Source: Phycisphaerales bacterium (GTDB taxonomy: Bacteria; Planctomycetota; Phycisphaerae; Phycisphaerales; UBA1924). From it: a stretch of DNA of 64,000 nt. A model generated the notes under the pieces. The model saw only the letters and a list, made by a program, of their open reading frames with translations. It did not search any database and had not been told where the DNA came from. The stretch covers positions 197,669 through 261,668 of the forward strand of contig JBGANS010000004.1 of assembly GCA_044222195.1 (NCBI GenBank), read 5' to 3'. Both the position numbers and the translations under genes were made by a program. Positions 26,264-34,175 of the stretch are shown here, one piece after another (positions within the stretch are counted from its first letter, which is position 1; every line of letters begins with the position of its first letter).

Positions 26264-27049
26264 ATGAAGCGCCCTCGCTTCCCCCGCATCCTTGCTTCGT
26301 TCATCCTGGCCTGCGCTACCACCATTGCCGTCGCCTGGGGACTTGCCCTGTGGGTGGCTGTCCAGAACGGCCGAGGCGTCGTAGCCCGGGATGGAGACCA
26401 CCTTCAACCCTGGATCATGCGCATCGCGCGCACAGGCGCCGAACGCATCATCTACTTTGAAAAGGGTCGCATATACAACCAACCAAACGTCGGCCCGGCG
26501 AACGGCAGTTCGTCCGCGGTCTCGTGCTGGTCGTTCGCCACATCCACTCGCTCGAACCCGAAGTTCACTCGCGGCGAAGTGGCCCTTCCCGCCGCGATGA
26601 CGGCCGAAATGGACCACCGACCGCGCACTGCGTGGGGCATCGCCGAAGATCGGCGTGGGTGGCCGTTCCTCGCGTTCGCCAGCACAATCGTTGGCGTGAC
26701 CGCGACCGACGTGCCGCATGTCTACAACGTGCGCGGCGGAATCCACATCGAACCGAACACCAGCTCAGTCAGCTATACACGAGCCGAAAGCCTCGCTGAC
26801 ATTCGGGTGCTGCCTATGCGCGTGATTCCCAAGGGAGCGATCTTCAACACATTGTTCGCGGCGGCCGCCTGGTATCTGATTCTATCACTCTCGTCATGGC
26901 TCACGTCCGCGATCAAGCACGCCCTTCGCACTCCGGCCGGCCATTGCCCCAAGTGCAACTACGACCTCCGAGGCGACCTCGCATCCGGTTGCCCGGAGTG
27001 CGGGTGGAATCGAGGTGATTCCGTTCGACCAGAAGCACGGCATTCTTAG
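26264..27049 (+). CDS. 2-TM protein with a C-terminal CPxC...CPECG zinc ribbon (paralog B)
   Basis: N-terminal TM span (ILASFILACATTIAVAWGLALWV), the RRGWPFLAF and VRGGIHI motifs, a second TM span (IFNTLFAAAAWYLILSLSSWL), then GHCPKCNYDLRGDLASGCPECGW. Confidence 0.7.
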   Translation: MKRPRFPRILASFILACATTIAVAWGLALWVAVQNGRGVVARDGDHLQPWIMRIARTGAERIIYFEKGRIYNQPNVGPANGSSSAVSCWSFATSTRSNPKFTRGEVALPAAMTAEMDHRPRTAWGIAEDRRGWPFLAFASTIVGVTATDVPHVYNVRGGIHIEPNTSSVSYTRAESLADIRVLPMRVIPKGAIFNTLFAAAAWYLILSLSSWLTSAIKHALRTPAGHCPKCNYDLRGDLASGCPECGWNRGDSVRPEARHS

Positions 27050-27054
27050 GTTCG

Positions 27055-28314
27055 ATGGTCAGCAAGCCGCCTCAGGGAACGTCGACAGAACCCGGGCCCG
27101 CTCCAAATCCGCTAGGCTCCGGTGTGCCGCCCACCTCTCCCCCACGATTCGCCCGCCTGGCTCCACTGCTGATTCCCGCGCTCACCGGCACGATTCTCGT
27201 TTCGCTCCTCCTTGCCCTTCACGGCTTCTCTCCCGAACTCCGCAAGGATGAACACTTCTACTGGCCCGCATCTCTCCATTTTTCACATCGTTGGCTCCCG
27301 TCTCTTGAAGACCTGCGCACCTACCCCGCCCCGACAACGCCTCTTCCTTTCCTTCTGTTCGGCGCGCTCGAGCACCTCACGGGGCACGGCCTCATTCTCG
27401 GTCGGCTTGCCAATGCCCTTCTCGCCCTTGGAATCTCGGTCGCCATCTGCGGTCGCCGTGACCTGCACAGCCCGCGGCCGGCGTTGTCCGCACTGGGCCT
27501 TCTGCTGTTCCCGTACTTCCTGGGCGTCTCCGTTTTCCTCTATACCGACACGCTCCCGACGGCCTTTGGGGTCATGGGGATCCTTGCCTGGATCCATCGC
27601 CGCCACGCGCTGTCTGCACTTTGCATGGCGATGGCGATCGCCTGTCGTCAGTACATGGTCGCCTTTCCCGCAGCGCTCGCGGCGTGGGGTTTCTGTTCCG
27701 CATGGCGATCCGGCGGTGCCAGTCAGGTCGTTCGCACGGCCGCGTCGTGGCTCCCTCACACACTTGCCGCCGCGACACTTGGACTGTGGTTTGTGCTCTT
27801 CAATGGTCCCGCGCCGGCCGCCGCGGCACAACAGTTCGGAGTGTCCACCTCCGAGCCCGCCCGTATCCTGATTCGCAACTCGCTCTACTCGCTGACCTGC
27901 ATCGGAGCGTACTTTGTCGTAGTCGAAACCGCGCTCTTCCGCCGCGGGGCCATTCTCAGCGACCTGCGCGCGCCCCGCACCACGGTCGCCGCGATCATCC
28001 TGGCCGCTCTCTTTTGCTTTGTCCCTCCGCTGCAGAACACCAACCATCCCTTTCCCGAGATGGGCTACCTCGACCGCGGCGCCCGGGCGATGTTCGCCGA
28101 CGTCCCGCGAATGGTCTTGTTCTGGGCGTTTGCCGTGCTCGCCTTGGCAAGGCTCTCTCCGAGACACATCGCCTTCTGGCTGCTCCTCGCCAACGCCGTC
28201 GTCATGGCGAAGTCTCACATTGGCTGGGACAAGTACGCGATGCCGCTGCTCGCGATCCTTTGGACGCTTCGATCACGAGATTGGCTCGACCCCGCCATGC
28301 CGCCACGCCAATGA
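27055..28314 (+). CDS. Polytopic membrane protein, GT-C-fold glycosyltransferase-like (ArnT/PMT-like, tentative)
   Basis: It has at least 10 hydrophobic spans. An acidic motif lies right after the first TM span (..GFSPELRKDEHFYWPAS..), as in the first extracytoplasmic loop of GT39/GT83 enzymes. It starts 5 bp after the preceding gene. The assignment is by architecture only. Confidence 0.5.
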   Translation: MVSKPPQGTSTEPGPAPNPLGSGVPPTSPPRFARLAPLLIPALTGTILVSLLLALHGFSPELRKDEHFYWPASLHFSHRWLPSLEDLRTYPAPTTPLPFLLFGALEHLTGHGLILGRLANALLALGISVAICGRRDLHSPRPALSALGLLLFPYFLGVSVFLYTDTLPTAFGVMGILAWIHRRHALSALCMAMAIACRQYMVAFPAALAAWGFCSAWRSGGASQVVRTAASWLPHTLAAATLGLWFVLFNGPAPAAAAQQFGVSTSEPARILIRNSLYSLTCIGAYFVVVETALFRRGAILSDLRAPRTTVAAIILAALFCFVPPLQNTNHPFPEMGYLDRGARAMFADVPRMVLFWAFAVLALARLSPRHIAFWLLLANAVVMAKSHIGWDKYAMPLLAILWTLRSRDWLDPAMPPRQ

Positions 28315-28378
28315 CACCGCCACCGACGGGGGCCTCGGCACCCGCACCACTCCGCGGCGCTGAGAACCGCTCGCGCGC

Positions 28379-29461
28379 TTATCCCGCGAGTTTCGCCAGC
28401 AGCTTCACGGCGGATTCATTCCCGAGGGCTTTCGAGTACCGAGCGTACTCGACCGCTTTCTCGCGATTTCCAGCTCGCTCGAACGCCACCGCCGCGTCGT
28501 ACGCCAGAGAGCCGTCCATCGGCGATGCCAGGAACGCCTCGCCCATGATGGTCGCGGCGTCCGCCGGATGCCCCTGCATGCCATAGCACTCGGAAATCAG
28601 CCGGGCGACGGCCGGCTCCTTCCTCTGCCTTGCCTCGATCGCCCCGAGCACTCGCAGGGCCTTGTCCGGCTCGCCACGGCGCTTGTGCGCCCGCGCTTCG
28701 ATCAGCCTCCACTCGGTTGAGTCCGGCTGAAGCGTTCTCGCCTTGGACACGTGCTGCAGGCTGACGCCCGTGTTGTTTTCGCTCAGGGCGATGTCCGCCA
28801 GTGTGCCCCAGATGAACGCGTTGTCCGGATCGAGGTGTGCCGCCCGGAGCAGGTTCGCCTTGCATGCCTCGATGCTGCCAGTCTTGCGTTGGGTCTGCGC
28901 CAGGGCGACCGCGAAGTCGGGATTCTGCGGGTCGGCCGTCTGCGCCATGGAGAGGTGCTCGAGCGCACGCTCCAGGTTGCCCGACTCCCTCGCCGCCACT
29001 CCCGCCCCGAACTCGATCGAAGCGTCTCGCGGCCCGATGGCGAGCGCCTTTTCGTATTGCGTGTACGACTCTGCATATCGCTTGAGCGCTGCCAGACATT
29101 CCGCCCGCGCGATCCGCACCGCCTGATCTTCCGGGTACTTGACCGCCGCGGGAATGAGAAGATTCTCCGCTCGTGACCACTGCCCACTGGCCATCATTTC
29201 GCGAGCTGAGGCAACGGTCTCTGACGCCGCCACGGAGGCCACCGAGGCTCCGTCTCTGGCCGCTGAAGCCGGAGCCGGGCTGGACTTCCACACCCACACG
29301 ATGCCGCCCAGCATGACCATCAGGGCCACAATGATCCCGCCGCTCAGGACCCCGCTCGGCCGCCGCCCTTCTTCATCGGAAGACAGCATCGGCCCGGTCG
29401 GAATCGGCGAGCGGTTCCAGCGGCGGGCAACATCCGACAACGATGACTTGGCGCGTCCCAT
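28379..29461 (-). CDS. Membrane-anchored TPR-repeat protein
   Basis: N-terminal TM span (GGIIVALMVMLGGIVWVW), followed by multiple TPR units (..ECLAALKRYAESYTQYEKALAIGP.., ..GNLERALEHLSMAQTADPQNP.., ..GNREKAVEYARYSKALG..). Confidence 0.8.
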   Translation of the reverse strand: MGRAKSSLSDVARRWNRSPIPTGPMLSSDEEGRRPSGVLSGGIIVALMVMLGGIVWVWKSSPAPASAARDGASVASVAASETVASAREMMASGQWSRAENLLIPAAVKYPEDQAVRIARAECLAALKRYAESYTQYEKALAIGPRDASIEFGAGVAARESGNLERALEHLSMAQTADPQNPDFAVALAQTQRKTGSIEACKANLLRAAHLDPDNAFIWGTLADIALSENNTGVSLQHVSKARTLQPDSTEWRLIEARAHKRRGEPDKALRVLGAIEARQRKEPAVARLISECYGMQGHPADAATIMGEAFLASPMDGSLAYDAAVAFERAGNREKAVEYARYSKALGNESAVKLLAKLAG

Positions 29462-29495
29462 ACCTCCGTATCGGCACGACTAAACTGGTGTCTCT

Positions 29496-32400
29496 ATGAC
29501 GGATTCAGCGACACAGCCCGGCGGACCGACACCCGCACCCCCCGCGCGGGCGGAGTTACCCAAACAGTACAAACCCACCGACCACGAGAACCGGATCCGG
29601 TCCAGATGGGAGTCTTCTGGGGCGTTCCATCCGGACCCCGAGAGGGTGATTCGGGGCGAAGCCAAGCCCTATTGCATCGTCATTCCGCCACCGAACGTCA
29701 CCGATCGCCTGCATCTTGGTCACGCGCTCAATAACACGCTCCAGGACGTGCTTATTCGTGCGCATCGCATGATGGGCTACGAAACCCTGTGGATGCCCGG
29801 CACCGACCACGCCGGGATCGCGACGCAGGCTGTTGTCGAGAAGCGCCTCCGCAAAGAGGGCAAGCTCAAGGGCCCATTGCGCGAATCCATGAAACGCGAA
29901 GAGTTCATCGCCACGGTCCAGGCCTTCAAGGATGAATACGAGGCGACGATCACAGGCCAGCTCAAGGCCATGGGGTGCTCGTGTGATTGGGAGCGGCAGC
30001 GGTTCACGATGGATGAGCAGTGTGCAGCGGCGGTCTACGAGGCCTTTTTCCGGCTTTTCAAGGACGGTCTGATTTATCGCGGAAAGCGTTTGGTGAACTG
30101 GGACCCGGTGCTGCAAACGGCGGTGGCGGATGATGAGTGCTACGAGGAAGAGGTCGATGCGCAGTTCTATTACCTGCGATATCCACTGGTGCACCCGCAC
30201 GGCGCAGTAACGAATCGCGAGCTGGCCCGCGGCAAGACGGGACCCGAGGATGCAGTGCCGGTCACATGGTCGGAACTGCGAGCCCGCGGCTGGCCGGGGC
30301 ACATCGACGCCGAGCACCAGGATGAGAAGGAAGCCTGGGTGACCGTCGCGACGACGCGGCCAGAAACGTACCTCGGCGACACCGCGGTGGCGGTGAATCC
30401 GCGCGACCCGCGGGCCAAGGCGCTGCGCGGCCTGAATGTGGAACTGCCGCTGGTGGGTCGCATCATCCCGATCGTGGAGGATGACTATGTGGTCTTGCCG
30501 GCAGCGATGCAGGCCGATCCCGAGGCCGCGGAGAAGGATCCGAAGGCGAGGTTTGCGACGGGCTTCCTGAAGGTGACACCGGCTCACGATCCGAATGACT
30601 ACGAGATCGGAATCCGGCACAAGCTTGAGAAGATCAACATCTTCGCTCCCGATGCGTCGATCAGTGACAAGCACGGGTGGAGCGATGTCGGCGATGCGCA
30701 CATCCTGGTCGGAAAGAAGCGTGAAGATGCGCGGAAGCTCGTGGTGAAGGAGTTCGAGGCCCGCGGCCTGTTCGAGCGTGCGGCGCCCTATCGCCACAGC
30801 GTGAAGCACTCCGATCGGTCGAAGGCGGTGATCGAGCCCTACCTGAGCGATCAGTGGTATGTGAAGGTGACGGACGAGAAGATGCGGGGATCGGCGCTGC
30901 GTGCAATGACACCAGACCAACGCACCGCCCACTCTTCCAGCGGAACCGCGACCGTCAGGGAGCGGACACCAAAAGCCACCAAGGACGACGCCTCATCGAG
31001 TGCCGCATCCGACGGCGATCTCTGTTTCTATCCATCGCGCTACGCCAAGACCTTCGAGATGTGGCACGAGGGGATCCGCGACTGGTGCATTTCGCGGCAG
31101 CTCTGGTGGGGCCACCAGATTCCGGTGTGGCGCTCCGGGCCGGTGTGGGTCGGCAAGCCGGACCTACTAGGTCGGTTGCGTAACTGGCAAACAAGCGGCC
31201 GCTTGGCTTTCCGCTACGAATCAGACCCTTTGAAAGTCGCCGCGATACTAAGAGAACCACATCCGAATCCGCAAAAAGCCGCTTCAATTTCAGACTTTGA
31301 TCACGCGAAGGCACAGGAACCAGCGACGTTCTTTGTCTGCCCTCGCAACCTAGCTGACAAGGAAGTGGTCCATGCGATCGAAGCTGCCGGTTTGCAGCGC
31401 GACCCCGACGTCCTCGACACCTGGTTCTCCTCCGGCCTCTGGCCGATCTCGACCATGGGCTGGCCCAACGACACGCCGCTGCTGCGCGCCTTCAACCCGT
31501 CCTCCACGCTCTGCACCGCCCGCGAGATCATCACGCTCTGGGTTTCGCGGATGGTGATGTTCAATCGGTATCTGATGCCGGACAGTGGGTCGGCTGACCC
31601 GTCGCAAGCGACCGGAGGCGCACCCTCTGGTGGTCGGCAGGTTCCGCTCCCTGACGGTCGCGGTTCCGCAGGATTGAATGAGAATGGTCGCGGAACCGGC
31701 CCTCTCCCCTTCCGCGATGTCTTCATCCACGCCCTCATCATGGATGGCGCTGGCCAGAAAATGTCCAAGTCCCTCGGCAACGGTGTGGACCCGCTCGACA
31801 TCATCGAGTCCCACGGTGCCGACGCCATGCGCTTCGTCCTCTGCCAGATGACCACGCAGACCCAGGACGTCCGCATGCCCGTCAACAAGGGCCCCAACGG
31901 CAAGAACACCAGCCCGAAGTTCGACATCGGACGGAACTTCTGCAACAAGCTGTGGAACGCGAGCCGGTTTGTGATGGGGATGCTGGAGGGGGAGAGCGAG
32001 ACAGCGAAACAGCGACTCAGCGAGACAGGGAGGGCAGGCAAAAGAAGCCTGATCGATCGTTGGATGCTGTCGCGTTTGGCCGCGGCGGTGGAGCAGGTGG
32101 ACAAGGCCTTGGCCGGATACGAGTACAGCGAGTATGCGCAGACGCTCTACGACCTGATGTGGCGGGACTTCTGCGACTGGTACCTCGAAGGGATCAAGCC
32201 GACGGTCGCCGCGGATGCCGGTCAACGGGCGGTGCTGGCTCATGCGATGGAAGCGATCGTGCGGCTGCTGCATCCCGCCGCGCCGTTCATCACCGAAGCG
32301 ATCTGGGAGCGACTGAAGGAGATCGAAACGGCGCTCGTGGCGGGGATTGAGCTGGGGCCGTCGCGCAAGGGCGGGCTATTGGCGACGGCCGGTTGGCCGC

Positions 32401-32876
32401 GCGTGGATGGTTCGCTGCGCGACGCCGCGGCCGAATCACAGTTCGAACGGCTCCGGTCGCTGGTGACGGCGATCCGCGAAGTGCGGGCTCAGCACAACGT
32501 GCCGCCCAAACGCCGCGTCACGCTCCACGTTTCCGCCGCGTTCTCCCGCGAAGAGACCTCGCTCATCGAGACTCTCGCGGGCGTAGAGGGCATCACCACC
32601 GACAAGGCGCCGGCCGACTCCGCGCCGTTCTCCTTTGGGGGGGCCGAACTCCGCCTCTCCAATCTCGCCGACGCTGTGGATGCGGAAACCGAAAGAGCCC
32701 GCCTGGAAAAGACCATCGCCGATGCGAGCAAGACGATCGCGACGCTGGAAAACCGGCTCAACAACCCCGGTTATGCCCAGAAGGCCCCGCCCGCCATGGT
32801 TGAACAGACCAAGTCCCAACTCGCAAAGGCACAGGCGGACCGCGATGCCGCGGCCGCATCGCTCGCCAAGCTTTAA
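29496..32876 (+). CDS. valS: Valine--tRNA ligase
   Basis: It has the class I HIGH-type motif PPPNVTDRLHLGHALNNTLQD, then WCISRQLWWGHQIPVW, DVLDTWFSS, KMSKSLGN and a C-terminal coiled coil. At 1126 aa it contains extra insertions. Confidence 0.95.
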   Translation: MTDSATQPGGPTPAPPARAELPKQYKPTDHENRIRSRWESSGAFHPDPERVIRGEAKPYCIVIPPPNVTDRLHLGHALNNTLQDVLIRAHRMMGYETLWMPGTDHAGIATQAVVEKRLRKEGKLKGPLRESMKREEFIATVQAFKDEYEATITGQLKAMGCSCDWERQRFTMDEQCAAAVYEAFFRLFKDGLIYRGKRLVNWDPVLQTAVADDECYEEEVDAQFYYLRYPLVHPHGAVTNRELARGKTGPEDAVPVTWSELRARGWPGHIDAEHQDEKEAWVTVATTRPETYLGDTAVAVNPRDPRAKALRGLNVELPLVGRIIPIVEDDYVVLPAAMQADPEAAEKDPKARFATGFLKVTPAHDPNDYEIGIRHKLEKINIFAPDASISDKHGWSDVGDAHILVGKKREDARKLVVKEFEARGLFERAAPYRHSVKHSDRSKAVIEPYLSDQWYVKVTDEKMRGSALRAMTPDQRTAHSSSGTATVRERTPKATKDDASSSAASDGDLCFYPSRYAKTFEMWHEGIRDWCISRQLWWGHQIPVWRSGPVWVGKPDLLGRLRNWQTSGRLAFRYESDPLKVAAILREPHPNPQKAASISDFDHAKAQEPATFFVCPRNLADKEVVHAIEAAGLQRDPDVLDTWFSSGLWPISTMGWPNDTPLLRAFNPSSTLCTAREIITLWVSRMVMFNRYLMPDSGSADPSQATGGAPSGGRQVPLPDGRGSAGLNENGRGTGPLPFRDVFIHALIMDGAGQKMSKSLGNGVDPLDIIESHGADAMRFVLCQMTTQTQDVRMPVNKGPNGKNTSPKFDIGRNFCNKLWNASRFVMGMLEGESETAKQRLSETGRAGKRSLIDRWMLSRLAAAVEQVDKALAGYEYSEYAQTLYDLMWRDFCDWYLEGIKPTVAADAGQRAVLAHAMEAIVRLLHPAAPFITEAIWERLKEIETALVAGIELGPSRKGGLLATAGWPRVDGSLRDAAAESQFERLRSLVTAIREVRAQHNVPPKRRVTLHVSAAFSREETSLIETLAGVEGITTDKAPADSAPFSFGGAELRLSNLADAVDAETERARLEKTIADASKTIATLENRLNNPGYAQKAPPAMVEQTKSQLAKAQADRDAAAASLAKL

Positions 32877-33034
32877 GGGCAGGACACCGGTTGATACCCG
32901 AAGCGCGTGACTCCGATTCGTTGCCGGTGCAAGGTGCGGCGAAGACCCAACATCGCTGGCCGAAGGTACCCGACACCCGTTCAACTCGTTCGAGACGGGT
33001 ACCCGAGAGCCGCGAACCGCGGGCGGCAGCCCTG

Positions 33035-34072
33035 GTGAACTTGGTCGCGGTATTACTCGTTCCCGCCTGTGCCCCCACTCCTCAACGTTCCTCACCGTCG
33101 CAGTTTCGCTCGCCCAGCGTCGTTGAAAGCACGGTCCCGTGGCAGTTTGAGAGCGCCGACGGCGCCCTCATACGCACCCGTCACTACCGACTGTTCACAA
33201 CCGACGCATCCTCACTCCGCCACTCTCTCCCCGAGTTTCTTGAACTCGCATTGAACCAATACACCTCCGCGCTCGCCACACCCGCACTCCCGCGACCGGA
33301 CCTCAAACTCGACACGTTCCTGATGGCCGACCGTTCACAGTGGTCCAGCCTCACCCGCCAGATCATGGGAATCAACGCGGGGCCCTATCTCCGCATCCAG
33401 AGGGGCGGTTTCAGCTCCGGCGGCCGGGCATTGCTCTTTGCCATCGGTCCCCGCGACACGCTCGCCATTGCCGCGCATGAAGGCTGGCATCAGTACACAC
33501 AGCGCGCGTTCAAGGACGAGCTTCCCGTCTGGCTCGAGGAGGGCATCGCGGCGTACATGGAGGGTTTCACTTTCGATGCAGGGTCGTCCGGCCCCAGCGG
33601 CGAACCCATGCCGGTGTTCAAGCCCTGGGCCAATCCCGAGCGCTTTGAGCAGCTCGGCGCGGCGGTCAAGGCCGAACGCGTCATGCCCCTGCGTCAGCTC
33701 CTTGACACGAGCCCCACCGCGCTCCTCGCCTTTGACACCGACACGGCCCTGACGTATTACGCACAGACATGGGCCCTCGTTCTCTTTCTTGTTGAAGGGC
33801 CGGGGTCAGCCTCGTATGCGCCATCGCTCTCCCGCATCCTTCATGATGCCTCCTCAGGGCGGCTGCGCCCCGCGATCGATCGACGCCTTGGCGCTGGTGC
33901 ATCACAGCTCCTTGCCCGCGAACGGCGCGGGCCGGAGCTTTTCTCCGCCTACTTCACGTCCGACCTCGCAGCCGCGGAAGTGGCTTACGACGGGTTCCTT
34001 CGCATGATCGCCCGGGGGTCGAAGGATCGGATCCTGATGGGTGTGCCGCCGTACGAACCCCACGCACGGTGA
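33035..34072 (+). CDS. Putative lipoprotein zinc metallopeptidase (peptidase MA-like / DUF1570-like)
   Basis: HExxH sits in ..LAIAAHEGWHQYTQRAFKDELPVWLEEGIAAYMEG.., with the downstream EG acidic ligand context seen in Peptidase_MA_2-type domains. The lipobox-like LLVPAC suggests a GTG start at 33035. The track ORF starts at 32891, so the start is uncertain. Confidence 0.6.
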   Translation: MNLVAVLLVPACAPTPQRSSPSQFRSPSVVESTVPWQFESADGALIRTRHYRLFTTDASSLRHSLPEFLELALNQYTSALATPALPRPDLKLDTFLMADRSQWSSLTRQIMGINAGPYLRIQRGGFSSGGRALLFAIGPRDTLAIAAHEGWHQYTQRAFKDELPVWLEEGIAAYMEGFTFDAGSSGPSGEPMPVFKPWANPERFEQLGAAVKAERVMPLRQLLDTSPTALLAFDTDTALTYYAQTWALVLFLVEGPGSASYAPSLSRILHDASSGRLRPAIDRRLGAGASQLLARERRGPELFSAYFTSDLAAAEVAYDGFLRMIARGSKDRILMGVPPYEPHAR

Positions 34073-34110
34073 GCGACATTGATCCGTCCGTCGCGAGAGA
34101 GCGATTCGGC

Positions 34111-34133
34111 GCGCACGTGCGAACGTGCGCTTT
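34111..34133. terminator. Weak hairpin between convergent genes (possible bidirectional terminator)
   Basis: GCGCACG-TGCGAA-CGTGCGC (34111-34130), followed by TTT. It lies between the stop at 34072 (plus strand) and the stop at 34176 (minus strand). Confidence 0.3.
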
Positions 34134-34175
34134 CCACCGGATTGACGGTTTGTCTTTACCCCGAGTTCCGCTGTC

